Below, in pieces: positions 49,403 to 62,271 of a stretch of DNA of 64,000 bases. The stretch comes from Heterodontus francisci. Lineage: Eukaryota. The position numbers were made by a program, and so were the translations under genes. Each line of letters starts with the position of its first letter. Position 1 is the first letter of the stretch. The notes under the pieces were generated by a model. The model had not been told where the DNA came from and ran no database searches. It worked only from the letters and a program-made list of their open reading frames with translations. Location of the stretch: the NCBI RefSeq assembly GCF_036365525.1, contig NW_027140807.1, positions 496,001 through 560,000 of the forward strand, in the 5' to 3' direction.

Positions 49403-50457
49403 CACAATGTTACATGACAATAGTATAACTACAGGTCGAAGAGCAATGAAGCTGGTGCACTGATGCAAAACTTCACACAGAATGCACTGGAGATTTGACT
49501 CTTTATGTCAAGGGCATTATAATGTTAATTAGAAATTCATTGTGAGGAATAGAAAGGGAAGTTCGTTACTCTGATAGTGGTAATAATGTGGAATGCACTA
49601 CCACAAGGAATGGGTTGAGATGGATTTTGGAGATGCTTTCAAGGAGTAAATTGGAAAAAGACATGGGAGAGAAAGGAATAGAAGATTAGATGAAGTAAGG
49701 GTGAGAGGAGGCTCGTGTGCAGTTTCACCACTGGCTTGCTTACACACTGTAAATTCTATATAATTAAATGTAATTATGATGTTTTATTTCACTCATTCTG
49801 GGGGAAGAACGATGACAGCATTTTTTGGAAACAAATAATCCGCCCTCTGAGAAAACGGTTCACAAATCTGCAACTCCCTCCCTGACAGGACTGCGGAAAG
49901 ACCTACACCCCATTGAGTGCAGGGGCGATGGTTGCAAAGTGATAATGTTACTGTGCTAGTAATGTTCTGGTTCAAATCCCGAGGGTAGCTGGAGGAATTA
50001 AACTTCAACTGATAAATGAAAGTCTGGTTTAACTGCAGGAAACTATCGTCAATTGTCAGAAAATCGCGCTGTTGTCAGAGAAGTGACTTCAGACTTCAGT
50101 TGACTCGCAACTGCCTTCTGATTCAGCAAACCACCCAGTCCAAGAGCAATTAGGGTTGGCCAACAAATCTTGGCCTTGCCAGCGACGCCCATATCTGATG
50201 AAAAAAAATGAGCTAGCAAACCACTCAGAGGGCAATTAGGGATGGGCAATAACTTCTGGTCCACATGCCACGAACGAATTAAAAAAATGTCTTTCCCTGT
50301 GCATCTTAGTATTTTCCATGTATTCTGGCTTTTATGCACATTGGAAATGCTGCCTGAAATTTTTTTGTTATTTGTCAATGCAACATTTCAGTTGCAAACT
50401 GAAACTCAGAAACAGCGTGAGCTGCAATCATTGTTTTTCAAAGAACGTCCAACTCAC

Positions 50458-50510
50458 CCAACACAGTCAGTTTTGTCCCGTCACCAAAGAAATAGTCGGA
50501 GCTTCCAGAA
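50458..50510 (-). CDS. TRBJ: J-beta SGSSDYFFGDGTKLTVL
   Basis: FGDG, donor GTGAGT, RSS CACAGTG-12-TACTAAACT. Confidence 0.93.
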
Positions 50511-50812
50511 CACAGTGTTTCAGCCCTGTTACTAAACTAGACTGGTTCCTGAAAAGTTGCCGAATATTTGAGTGAATAATACAGCTCTTGTTTGTTTGTC
50601 CATAGTAAGCTAAATGGGAGAAATTTTCCCTTCTTTAAACACATATCCAGTTCAAGAATCAGTCTTTCTCCTTCTCTCTCTCTCTGTCTCTGTTTATATC
50701 TTAAATGCATTGGAAAAATGTCTTTCACCAATGAACCCGGAGCCTTAAACATCTTTCCGACCATTTCAGACAACATGCATTCTCAGAATTGGCCTAACAT
50801 TCCTGGACTCAC

Positions 50813-50862
50813 CTGTCACAACTAACTTGGTACCGCTTCCGAAGTAATATTGATAGCCAGAA
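50813..50862 (-). CDS. TRBJ: J-beta SGYQYYFGSGTKLVVT
   Basis: FGSG, donor GTGAGT, RSS CACAGTG-12-AACAAAACC. Confidence 0.93.
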
Positions 50863-51907
50863 CACAGTGAGAGACCCTTGTAACAAAACCTCACAAGGCG
50901 AGGTGCAGGTCTTGTCTATATCACACTTGGACCCTGTCCTCGAAAGCGTTTGCAGATCACATCTCCTTAATTTATATATCTCCTAATTTACATTTGTGGC
51001 TCACGAGCAAGGTCATAGAATCAGAAATATACATCACTGAAGGGGAGACCATTCGGCCCATAGGACCTCTGCTGGCTTTATGAAAGGTTTTACCATCGTC
51101 CTGTATATTTCCCTTCGAGTATCTATCAATTTCTATTTTGAAAGTTTCTACTGAACCAACTTCCACCACCAGTTCAGATATGCCTTCCCGATCCAGTAAC
51201 TACCTCTGTGGGAGAATGTCTCTTCATCCCGCCACTGGTCCTTTATGTCAATTGCCTCAAAACCTGTGTCCTCTGGTTACCGACCCATCTACCAATGGAG
51301 ACTGTTTCTGATTATTAATTCTATCCAAAACCTTCACTAATTTGAACACCTCTATTCAATCTCCATTTAACCTTTTCTGTTCTCCAGTCTCTCCAACTAT
51401 CTGAGGTCCCTCATCTCTGGTACAATTCTGGTGAATAATTTCTGCTCCCAATCTAAGGCCTCGACAACCGTCATAAAGTGTGGTACCCAGGACTGAACAC
51501 AATACTCCAGCTGGGACCTTACCAGTGATTTGTAAATGTTAATCCTCACTTCCTCACTCAACACCTCGTGAATTCTTAACCAATGATGGTGCGTTCCAGC
51601 ATCATCAACTGGTCACTTCAAACATCTTGACCCTTTTTTTAACCAAGCTCTCTCTCTATCTCACTCCTCGCATTAAACCGATAGAGTAACATTCGGGACA
51701 GGGGTAGGCCATTCAGAGTCTGATTTCCCAGACAGCTATCACTTGTTGATTTCAACACACAATCGGTCATTGTTAAGAAACGGATGTCACCTGAATAGGC
51801 AATATGATTAGCGTTATCTTCATATATTAATCTTGTAAATTTCAATCAGACTATACCATATCAGACCGTGCGGAATGATTCTCACTGACGCCACGTTAAT
51901 CAGTTAC

Positions 51908-51959
51908 CTAAAACCACGAGGTTTGTGCCATCGCCAAATGTATAGTCATTGTTTCCTGA
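51908..51959 (-). CDS. TRBJ: J-beta SGNNDYTFGDGTNLVVL
   Basis: FGDG, donor GTAACT, RSS CACAATG-12-AACAAAGCT. Confidence 0.92.
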
Positions 51960-52392
51960 CACAATGTTACACAGTTGCAACAAAGCTGGGGAATCTTTAA
52001 CTCTCTACACGCCGGTTAATTAAGCGCAGTTGCATCGTTTTGTATTGGGTTGCATTTGTTACCCCGCCCTTTCCCTCTTTACCTCTTTTTGTTATTTCTT
52101 TTGTCTTTGTCTCGACCTCTCCCATCTTTGTCTCTCTAATTTTCCGTCCCCTTTTCCCTGCATTTTGCTCCCAATCTGTCTCTCTGTAGATAAGGTTTGC
52201 CTCCCTAACCTTCCTCCATTTCCACCTCGCCATTGCCCTATGTTTAGTTGTTTTAACTGTTGCTTCGTTACTCTTTGTTTTTTTCTAAAGTTTATGGTCT
52301 CTCCCCTTTCTTCAAACTGACGGGGACAAACTGGCCGACAGTTTTAATAATTACTGAGACCACTGATATGTTTCAACAAATATCTCACTCAC

Positions 52393-52450
52393 CCAGGACT
52401 GTTAACTAAGTGCCGTCTCCAAAATATGATAGCTGGGTATTTCCTGCACC
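52393..52450 (-). pseudogene. TRBJ: Pseudo J-beta GAGNTQLSYFGDGT*LTVL
   Basis: In-frame TAG replaces Lys after FGDGT; RSS CACATCA-12-ACGAAACCA; donor GTGAGT. Confidence 0.88.
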
Positions 52451-53000
52451 CACATCATCATGTGACAACACGAAACCATTCCTCAATAGCGCCCTGCCAG
52501 TTTTCAGTGTCCATCTCATTAATATTTGATATTGCCCTTTGACTAACATGAGCTGACCATACAACAAAGTACACGCATAAAATAACCGGGTGGGGAGGTG
52601 GGGGAGAGGGGGCTTGACCATTAAAGCTAGCAACATTCACAGTACCGTCTATCCATCCATCTGTGAATATGTTAGATGTCCACAGATACAGTGCTTATAA
52701 TACTGGAAGATTTTACATGGAGTTGTTCATAATTATTAATTAACTTCTACACACAAGTTGGGGACCAGATAGCTCAGGTGCCGAACGTGCCAGTTAGAAA
52801 AATGCTTACAGAACGGATTCATTTCTCACCGTGTCTGGGGAAGGCAAGGGGAAGCCTCCTCATAGACACTCCTCCCCATTCATGCTCCTCTCTCCTGCTG
52901 GTGAAAAGGAGCAGAGAGCCAGTCCATCAGATGACCACCAGCCTGCACAGACAAGATGAACCCAGCATCCCTAGCTTCATTGAATGAAAGTCTAACTCAC

Positions 53001-53057
53001 CCAATACTGTTAGAGCCGAACGTTCTCCAAAATGCAAAGGCTGGTAGCTCCCGCCTG
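53001..53057 (-). pseudogene. TRBJ: J-beta GGSYQPLHFGERSALTVL (non-canonical FGER; ORF or pseudo)
   Basis: RSS CACTATA-12-ACCAAAACA; donor GTGAGT; second Gly lost. Confidence 0.8.
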
Positions 53058-53212
53058 CACTATACTAAACAACAGTACCAAAACACACCTTTGGATAGAC
53101 ATATACACCGACAGAAAAGTAGCTACGTCGATAGATAAACATAAAGATGGATACACAGACCGATACATTATGGTTGATGGAACAATAGATGTTTATATAG
53201 ACGGTAACGTAC

Positions 53213-53262
53213 CTAAAACAGTTAACTTGGTACCAGCTCCGAAGTAGTAAATATCAGAAGAG
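53213..53262 (-). CDS. TRBJ: J-beta SSDIYYFGAGTKLTVL
   Basis: FGAG, donor GTACGT, RSS CACAGAG-12-ATCAAAACC. Confidence 0.92.
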
Positions 53263-54803
53263 CACAGAGCTAAATCCCTGCATCAAAACCTCTCACCTCT
53301 CTCTGATTCATGTCCTGAAGGAGCCTTTCACAACTAGAAAGAACCTCCCGGAGTATTGGCACAAAGGAACATAGAAATGCTGTCGCTGGAGTAGGCCATT
53401 CAGCCCATCGAGCTTGTTCCGACATTCAGTGAGGTCATGACTCATCTGTATTGTAACCCCATCAGCCTGTTTGTGTTCCAAACCCTTTTCCTAACAAGGC
53501 TCTATCATTCTCAGATTGGGAAGTGACAATTGACCCTGTGGCCTCAGCAGTTTCATAGGGGAGAGAGGCCCAGATTTCCACCACCGTTTGTTCAGTTATG
53601 TCCTTTCTGGCATCACCCCTGAACGGCCAAGCTTTAATGTTAAGCTAATGCTCCCCTCCACCCTCACCCTTGTTCTGGGCTCTGACACCCGCGTAAATTG
53701 CAGCTCTATCTGCCCTATCGAATCCTCTCATTATCTTAAACACATCAGTTGGATCAATCCTTAATCTCCAATGCTCAACATCTCTAAGCAACCTGCCCCC
53801 ACAATTTAATTCCGGCATGATTCTGGTAAATGAGGAAAGATCATTCGCAATCTGCCCTGGACTTTCAGCTCACGTTTCCCAGGCCGTTCAATGTGCATTC
53901 TACACCCAGTCTCCATTCACAAATTTAAAAAATCCCTTTTGATATTTCTCATCCATTTAAACGCTTCAGGTTAATGGGGAATACATCAAATCATATCGAC
54001 ACTTCAGCACCGAACCAGGCCATTCAGCCCACTACATCCTAGCCGATTAAATGCTACACATTATCCTTCTCACACCCTCTTCATCTCACCCCATCAATAG
54101 GTCCTTTTATTCCTTTCTCCCCCATATGTTTATCCAGCTTCCCTCTTAAATACATCTCTGCTATTCGCCTCAGCCCACTCCCTGTGGTAGCGAGGTCCAC
54201 ATTCTCGCCACTCTCTGGTTGAAAAGGCTTCTCCTGAATTCCATATTGGATTTATTAGTAACTGTCTTATATTGATGGTCCCCTGGTTCTGGTCTCCCCA
54301 ACAAGTAGAATCATCTTGCCTCTGTCATAATTTTAAATACCTCGATCAGGTTATTCCCTTCAGCCTTCTCTTTTCTAGAGAAAACAGCACCAGCCTCTTC
54401 ATTCTTTCCTGTGGTTATATCCTCTCAGTTTTGGGAGCTCACTTGTAAATATGTTTTGTTTTGCTCTATCCAGAGCCTCTGCTTTTTTAATCATATGCAG
54501 TCCATAACGGCATACTGAAGAATTGAATCTGACAGTTTTCGTTCTGTGCCTGTGTCCTCTTGTTCTGTTCTCATTTGCAGCTGCAATTGCTGTTTACACT
54601 GTTTATTTTAGAGACCCTACCTTATGTCCCCACTCAAACCCCTTTCCATCCAGTGACGTGAATTCAGCAGTTGTAGGTCTCCCTTTGGCAGCTCAAGAGT
54701 CGAAATCAATTCACCAAATTCCCATATTTTCACTCCCTGGACCACCCCACGTGAATTCCCAAATTGAATTAACTTTTCCAGCATCAGGAATGCATTCACT
54801 CAC

Positions 54804-54853
54804 CTAAAACCACCAGTTTGGTCCCATCTCCGAAATATGCTTCTCTAGCATTA
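54804..54853 (-). CDS. TRBJ: J-beta NAREAYFGDGTKLVVL
   Basis: FGDG, donor GTGAGT, RSS CACAATG-12-CGCAAAATC. Confidence 0.92.
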
Positions 54854-55432
54854 CACAATGGTATGGGGCTGTCGCAAAATCCCCCTCTAGTCTAGATTGT
54901 TAAGTCTATTCCATTGAAGTTCTGACTGTTTCAATGGCCCGTAAAGGGTGTTGGAACAGGGGGACAGGAGGTGGCTGTTCAGCCCTTCGAGCCTCTTCCA
55001 CCATGCAGTTAGATCAGGGTTGTTCTGAATCTTAACTCCATCATCCCACCTTGGTTCTGTAACTGTCAATACTTCTGTTTAACAAAAATCTAACAATCTT
55101 GAATTTGAACTTATCAATCGACGCCCAGCCTCAACAGCATATTATTTTGTTGTGGGGGGTGTGGGGAGAGTTCCTGATATCACCCCTGAACGGCTCGAAT
55201 TTAAATTGTTCTGGACTCCCCCCAACCTGAAGAAGCAGTTTCTCTCTATCGATCCAACACCTCAAGCACCTCGATTATATCAGCCCTTTAATGATCTCGA
55301 TTCAAGGGACTGTCAGCTTAGTCTGAGTAACCAAGTCCTCATGATTTAACCCCTTTCTGCATCTAATATCTGAACTTACTCCCCGCATATAAACCTAGAT
55401 GTTGATCTGATAGGAAGAACAGAGTCCCTTAC

Positions 55433-55480
55433 CGAAAACTGTTAACTTGGTCCCGTCGCCGAAGTAAGCTATGTTTCCTG
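55433..55480 (-). CDS. TRBJ: J-beta GNIAYFGDGTKLTVF
   Basis: FGDG, donor GTAAGG, RSS CACAGTG-12-TCATGAACT. Confidence 0.92.
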
Positions 55481-55842
55481 CACAGTGGCCTAAACCCAGT
55501 CATGAACTGGCCCGGGAACTGTTACCCTTGCAGCTGAACGGGTCTGTGCCGGGCGGTTTACCGTGGAACACATCACCAAGCGGGTGTCCCGTTGGACTGG
55601 TCTTTGCGAACCAGAAGGAAGGGCCAGTGTCGTCCCGGGGAGAGAAACACCGCGCCAAAGTGACAAACGGATGCTTGTGGCAGGAGGGAAATTAGGCGCA
55701 ATTCTCGGCGGTCATGAGACAGATCTAACCGGCTGCCTAACTCGTTAAACTGTCCGGGGAGGAGGGGGGGGGGGGGCAGTAAGCTTGGAATGCACACAGC
55801 TAGACATGAAGGTAGAGAGAACAAAAGACCCCTTTATCTTAC

Positions 55843-55893
55843 CTAACACCGTCAGTTTGGTGCCGGTCCCGAAATTGAGTGGTGCTGTTGTCG
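55843..55893 (-). CDS. TRBJ: J-beta TTAPLNFGTGTKLTVL
   Basis: FGTG, donor GTAAGA, RSS CACATCA-12-ACACGAACC. Confidence 0.92.
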
Positions 55894-56414
55894 CACATCA
55901 GCAAATCATGTTACACGAACCCGGTCGAAAACAGTTTGCTAAAAGTGACCTGCTCAGCATTTAGGAAGCACTGGTCAAGACAATCAGGACACACAAAGCA
56001 GCTTACAGCCAATGAAGCAGTTTGTTTAGGAAGTGGTCACCACAGGGAGACAGAGCAACTGATATTGGACCAAGGAAGTCCCATCAAACAGCAGTGAAAT
56101 TAATGAGCAGATCATTGTGATGTTGGTTGAGGGATCAATATTGGTCCCAAGACACCGGGGTGGTGTTTCAGGGGTAAAAGAGTAACCAGTTTTCACACAA
56201 ATAACACAGTTATTCTCTTTTCCAGAGGAATGCTCTAGGTTATAAAGCTGGACCATTCTGAGGCATCTACAAGATTGAAAGGGCCCAGCTCCCGCCATAA
56301 TCCAGAGGAGATGTTTATTCGTTTACTCTGTTGCCACTGCTCTTCTGCTGATCTTCCTCGAGGTGTGTAGAGCGAGGTTTTTGTACGGAGGCTGCATTGG
56401 ATTCTATCACAGTG

Positions 56415-56427
56415 TCCCCCCTGTCCC
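56415..56427 (-). CDS. TRBD: D-beta segment GGGACAGGGGGGA
   Basis: 5' 12-RSS: CACGGTG (56428-34), 12 bp, ACAAAAAAG. 3' 23-RSS: heptamer 56408-14, 23 bp, GGTTTTTGT (56376-84, plus strand). The core matches the vertebrate TRBD1 GGGACAGGGGG and is open in all three frames. Confidence 0.97.
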
Positions 56428-58037
56428 CACGGTGATAGACACTCATACAAAAAAGAACGCGAATTTTGCAAGGCCCTGCTTCTTCAAAGACTCCCGAGGG
56501 CTTCACTTGGTGAAGTCAGTTTAGATTGAGCTGCTGAAAGTTTTTTAGTCCTTTGGACCATAATTAAAGGCCGTTCATTCCGTCTCAAAACTGTTAGCAG
56601 GAACTGGAGGTGGCCATTCCGCCCCTTCTCAGCCTGCTACACAGGTGCAGCAAGAGGCCATTCAGCCCCTCTAGACCTTGTTACACAGGAAGAAGAGGAG
56701 GCCCATTCAGCCCCTCTTGAGCTGCTTACACAGTAACAGGCCCATTCATCCACTCAAGCCTCCTTCCTTTCCTCTACTTCCTTCCTTCCTTCCTTCCCTT
56801 CCGTCCTTCCGTCCTTCCTCCCTTCCTTCCTTTCATGGTTTTTTTCTTGCTTGCTTTCTCTCTTGCTTTCTCTCTCTCCATTCCATCTCTCTGTTGCACC
56901 CCTTCTCCCCTTCCCCCTCCCCCATCCCTTACCCGCTTCATGATCCGCATTCTCTCTTGTACAACGTGCAGGACCTCAGGACATACCGGCCACGGGACCT
57001 CAAACAGAAGCCACTTACTCTAGACAGTAAATCGTTCACACTGCTATCTCTTATCTTATCACTCAGAGAGACCCATGTTTGCCAAACTAGTGCAAGTTTC
57101 CCAGGTGTCGTGTTGATGTGTGCGGTGCTGTTATCATTCCTGCAGATCTCATTGCACACCAACCCCCATCGCCATGCACCTGACATCAGGGAGAAAGGAA
57201 TAGAAGTTTAGATGGAGTAGGGTGGGGGTGGGGAGAGGAGGCTCGTGTTCAGTATCACCACTGGCTTGATGACACATTTCTGGGGGGATTCGAGCAATGC
57301 TTGAAAATGAATAATCCGCCCTCTGAGAAAATGGGTCAAAAAAGGAACTCCTTCCTTAACAACACTGTGGAAATACCTAAAACACATTGAACGCAGGCGT
57401 GACGCCAGCAAAATGATAATGTTGCTGGGCTAGTAATCCTGCAGCCCGGGCTAGTGTTCTGGTTGTGTGAATTCAAATGGCCGCAGATGGGATTTAAATT
57501 CAGCTGATTCATAAAAATCTGTCAGGGTGCCATGAAACTGTCGTCGATTGTCATAAAAACCCATCTACCATCTTATATGGGACTGCAAACCTGCAGCATG
57601 CAGTTGACTGTTAACTGCCCTCTGAAATTGCAAAGCACTCAGTTCAAGGGCAATTAGGGATGGGCAACAAATGTTGGCCTTGCCATCGGTGCCCACATCC
57701 CATGACAAGAATAAAAACATGGCCTAACAAACCACTCAGAAGGCAATTATGGGTGGGCAATAAATGCATCCCAGCACGAATTAACAATGACTTTTCCTGT
57801 TCATTTTTGTCTGTATTTTGCTCCCAATCTGTGCCTCTCTGCATATGGTTGCCTCCCTAGCCTTCTTCCACTCTCCACCTCGCCTTTCCTCTATGTTTAA
57901 TTGTTTTAACCTTTGCTTCTTTACTGTAATGCTTACTGTTTATTTTTCCAAATTTCATGTTCTCTCCCCTTTCTTCAAACGGAAGGGAGCAAACTGCCCA
58001 ACAGTTTCAGTGCTGATTGAGGCCACTGATATATTTC

Positions 58038-58380
58038 GACACAGTGGCGCAGTGGTTAGCACCGCAGCCTCACAGCTCCAGGGACCCGGGTTCGATTCCG
58101 GGTACTGCCTGTGTGGAGTTTGCAAGTTCTCCCTGTGTCTGCGTGGGTTTTCTCCGGGTGCTCCGGTTTCCTCCCACAAGCCAAAAGACTTGCAGGTTGA
58201 TAGGTAAATTGGCCATTATAAATTGTCACTAGTATAGGTAGGTGGTAGGGAAATATAGGGACAGGTGGGGATGTTTGGTAGGAATATGGGTTAGTGTAGG
58301 ATTAGTATAAATGGGTGGTTGATGTTCGGCACAGACTCGGTGGGCCGAAGGGCCTGTTTCAGTGCTGTATCTCTAATCTA
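58038..58380 (+). mobile_element. tRNA-derived V-SINE (HE1-like)
   Basis: A box TGGCGCAGTGG, B box GGTTCGATTCC, V-domain and CR1-like 3' tail; inserted just downstream of a J donor. Confidence 0.88.
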
Positions 58381-58393
58381 ATATTCTACTCAC

Positions 58394-58451
58394 CCAGGAC
58401 CGTTAACTTCGTGGCATCTCCAAAATATGATGGATGGTTACTTCCTGCTCC
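58394..58451 (-). pseudogene. TRBJ: J-beta GAGSNHPSYFGDATKLTVL; FGDA and RSS nonamer deleted
   Basis: Paralog of the 52393 J; 8 bp covering the nonamer (ACGAAACC) are missing. Confidence 0.85.
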
Positions 58452-58972
58452 CACATCACCATGTCACAACATTCCTCAACAGTGTCCTGCTTATTTGCAT
58501 TGTCCCGATCATTAATATTTGATATGGGCCTTTGAGTGACATAGGCCAAAGTAAACTCATAAACTAACCAGGGTGTTTGGCAATTAAAACTAGCAACATT
58601 CCCAATACTGGCTCTGCATCAATGTATGGACCAGTTCGTCAGATGTCCACAGAAACAGCTCTGACAATATTGGAAAATTTTACTTGGAGTTCGTCATAAT
58701 TATTAAGTAAGTTGTGCATGTAGGATGGGGACCTATTAGTTCAGTTAGCTAGATGGTTCACGTGTGATTCAGAGCAAGGTCAACAGCAGGGGTTCAGTTA
58801 TCGTCTTGTTCTGACGAAAGTAACGGGAAACCGCCTTACCTACCTTTTTCCCTTGTCATTCTCATCTCTCCTGCTGGAGAAAAGGAGCACAGAGCCATGG
58901 ACAGAACATCTGCATGACACAGGCAATATGAAACCAGCCATCCTGGCTTAATCGAATAAACATGTAACTCAC

Positions 58973-59029
58973 CCAAAACTGTTAGAGTCCAGCCTTCCCC
59001 AAAATGTAGAGTCTGGATGTTCCCGCCTA
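58973..59029 (-). CDS. TRBJ: J-beta GGNIQTLHFGEGWTLTVL
   Basis: FGEG, donor GTGAGT, RSS CACTATA-12-ACCAAAACA (weak heptamer); paralog of the 53001 J. Confidence 0.8.
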
Positions 59030-59188
59030 CACTATACTAAACAACAGTACCAAAACACAGCGTTGGGTAGACAGGTACAGTCTCAAACAAGTAATGTATC
59101 TATATCTAAACACAAAGATGGATGCACAGATACATTGTGGATCGATCGAACAATGGATATTTGCACATTTATGTAGATGGGATATTAC

Positions 59189-59247
59189 CTAAAACTTAGA
59201 TCCAGTTCCGATTCAGCAGAGCAAAACCTAGATCCCTGAATAAAACC
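59189..59247 (-). pseudogene. TRBJ: Deleted J relic, paralog of the 53213 and 62945 J segments
   Basis: TTACCTAAAAC..CCAGTTCCGA..CAGCAGAGCA..ATCCCTGAATAAAACC aligns to 53211-53290 with deletions. Confidence 0.65.
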
Positions 59248-59489
59248 TCTCAACTCTCTGTGGTTCTATCCCAAGAGAGCCTTTCACAACAATGGAGAAC
59301 CGACAAGTACAGGAATATTGGCTGACAGCAGCACGAGAGCATAAATTGACCGTTCAGCCCTTCGAGTAGGATCCGACATGCAAAAAGATCATGTATCTTC
59401 GTATCGTCAAGGTGGATGGAAAGAAAGGTGCAGAGCTGAGTGGTTAAGTGCACAGCTCTCAATGGTGGATTGATGGAAATCGGACAGTC

Positions 59490-59732
59490 CAGAATTTCAG
59501 GATCACAAAGATCTCGGAGAGTTGTAGAGGCTGGAGGAGGTTACAGAGATAGGAAGGGTTGTCGGGGCTGGAGGAGGTTACAGAGATAGGGAGGGATGTA
59601 GGGGCATGGAGGAGGTTATAGACATAGGGAGGGTTGTCGGGACTGGAGGTGGTTACAGACATAGAGAGGGTTGTAAGGGACTGGAGGAGGTTACAGGGAT
59701 AGGGAGGGTTGTAGGGTGCTGGAGGAGGTTGA
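59490..59732 (-). repeat. L2-like LINE fragment expanding into 37-bp minisatellite units
   Basis: Minus strand reads PSYLCNLLQP; about 6 tandem units adjoin non-repeated LINE-like sequence. Confidence 0.7.
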
Positions 59733-61479
59733 GGCGCTTTTAAAAAACTCCTTCATGGGATGTGGGCGTCGATGACAAGGCCAGCATTTGTTACCCATCC
59801 CTAGTTGCCCTTGACAACTGCGTGGCTATTTCAGAAAGCAGTTACGAGTAAAGCAAAATAGTTAATAGGTAGAATGAGGTAGAAGTCTTGTTTCAGCTAT
59901 ACAAAGCCCTGGTTACACCACATCTGGAGTTCCTCTGAGCATTTATGGGCACCAGACATTAGGAAGGATATGCTGGTCTTGGGGGAAGTGTAATGTAGAT
60001 TAAACAGACTGATACCTGGACGCCAAGGGTTAAATTGCAAGGAAAGATTCGACATTTCCTATTCTTTGGAAAAGAGAAGGTTAAAGGGTGGTTTGAGCAA
60101 AGTTTTCAAGATATTAAGGGGAATGCATGATGTAGATGGAGAGAAACGATCTCCATTGGTTGTGCAGTCTAGATCTCCGGGACAGAGTTTAAGAATTAGA
60201 GCCAGAACTTTTCAGGCATGAAATTAGAAAACATCTTTTCACATAAAGGATGGTAGAAGTTTGGAACTCTCTTCTGCTGGAACAATTGTCAATTTTAAAT
60301 CTCAAATTGATAGATTTTTGTTAACCATAGCTATTAAGGGATTATGGGGCAATGGGGGTAGATGGAGTTAGGTCACTGATCAGTCATGATCGCATTGATT
60401 GGCAGAACAGACTCGAGGGGCCGAATGGACTACTCCTGCTCCTGTGTACCGATGATCCTATGTTCCTGTAACTTCTATTTAAACATAGAGTCAGCATTCT
60501 GCTTCAGTTAGAGTGTCCCAAATTCTGACAACTCTGAGTGAAAAGGAATCTAGTAATTGTCCTTGTAGATCTTTTGTCAATGATTTTAAATATCTGACCT
60601 TTGTTTATTGACCCATCCACCAGTAGAAATAATTTCCCCTTCAAGTAATTGTCCAGTCCCCCTTTTGAAAGTTACTATTGAGTCTGTTTGCACCACCCTT
60701 TCAGGCAGCGCATTCCAGATAACAACACACCGCATAATTGTTTTATTCTTCATATCACCCCTGTTTATTTTGTCAATTACCTTAACTCTGTGCCCTTTGT
60801 TTACCAACGCTTCGAGCATTGGAAATTGTTTCTGAGCATGTACTGTGTCCAAAGCCTTCATTGCTTTGGACACCTCTGTCAAATCCCCCCTAAACTTTCT
60901 CTGCTCTAGTCTCTAGACGCAACTGAAGACCCTCATCGCTGGAACCAGTCGAATAAATCATTCGTGCAACCACTCTAAGGCCTTGACATCCATCCTAACA
61001 TGTGACACCCACAATTCTCCAGCTGGGACCTAACCAGCGATTCATCGAGGTTCAGCTTAACTCCCTTGCTCAACTCCTCGTCAATCCTTCTTTAACGAAG
61101 GTACTTTCCAGCTTCCTCAACTCTTTATTCTAAATTTCTTGATTGTCACGTATTTGTCCCTGTACCTCACTCCTATCATCAACTCGCATTACGCCGATTT
61201 AGCTACATTAGGGACTGGATTAGGCCATTCAACCTCTGATATCCAAGGTACTTATCACATGTCGATTTCCACATGCACAATACGTCTCTAGTTTGTTTCA
61301 GGAAATATTCCATATGGGGCTCGGAAGTAATGCATGAAGCCGGAACACAAATACAAGGTGTATGTTTATATATAAGGTCCTCAGATCCACAACTAGGTTT
61401 GAATAATTTTAAATTTCAACTAGACATCCCTCTGATTCCACTTTCCTTTAAAGAGCTAATTCGATTCTATCTCACTTAC

Positions 61480-61531
61480 CTAAAACCATGAGTTTTGAAT
61501 TACCCCCAAAAGTATAACCATCGTTGCCTGA
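61480..61531 (-). pseudogene. TRBJ: J-beta SGNDGYTFGGNSKLMVL; FGGN and heptamer CGCAATG
   Basis: Paralog of the 51908 J; the invariant CAC of the heptamer is mutated; donor GTAAGT intact. Confidence 0.85.
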
Positions 61532-62271
61532 CGCAATGTTACACTTTTGTATCAGAACTCACGTTTCTTCAACTCGATACACAATAGTTAATGAACATAG
61601 TTGGAACATTTTGCCTTGTGTTATATTCATTATTCCACCCTATTGCTCTTTATCTTATATTCTGTTACAATTGATCTCCTTGTCTCTGTCTCTTTTTCAC
61701 TGTTTTAAATCTAATTTCCCATCTCCCTCCAGTTTTGTCTGCTGTTTGCTCTCCATCTGGAGTTAAGAAGAATGGGAGATGATCTTCTGGGAAATTCTAA
61801 GATTCTGAGGGCGCTTGACAGGGTAAAGGCTGAGAGAATGTTCCCATGTAGAATTAAAGGGCACAGTTTCAGAATGAGGGGTCGCTCATTTAGGACGGAG
61901 TGGAGAAGGAATGTCTTCCATCAGGGAGTCGTGAATCTTTGGAATTCCCTCCTCCAGAGCGCTGTGGAGACTGAGCCCGTGAATGCATTCAAACTGAGAT
62001 AGAGAGCGGAGCCAAGGATTATGGAGAACAGGTAGGAAAGAGGGATCGAGGCCAACATCAGATCAGCCATGATCTCTGGTTGCAAATTCCTCTCTCACCA
62101 GCCCTCCTCCAATCTCCTACATTTAGCTATTTACATTCTTGCTTCTTCAATGCAATGCTTACTCTTTTGCCTGTTTTCACATTCTCTCGCCTTTCTTTAA
62201 ATTGAAGAGAGTAAACTAGTCGACGTTTTCAATGCTAGTAAGAGACGTATTTTGACTAACATCTCACTTAC

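Noticed and set aside
56385-56446. Mammalian-type AP-1 site in the D 23-RSS and TATA box in the D 12-RSS spacer
   Set aside because: The spacers read GTGATAGAA and ATGAGTGTCTAT; neither motif is present.
57010-57170. Possible highly decayed J relics (GTAAGT donor near 57015; GGTGCTGTT...ACACCAACCC similar to the 55843 J)
   Set aside because: No FGxG motif or heptamer; the similarity is too patchy to call without an alignment.
61295-61352. Possible J relic (SGFMHYF) similar to the 50813 J
   Set aside because: Only the 5' half matches; no GxG, donor or nonamer.
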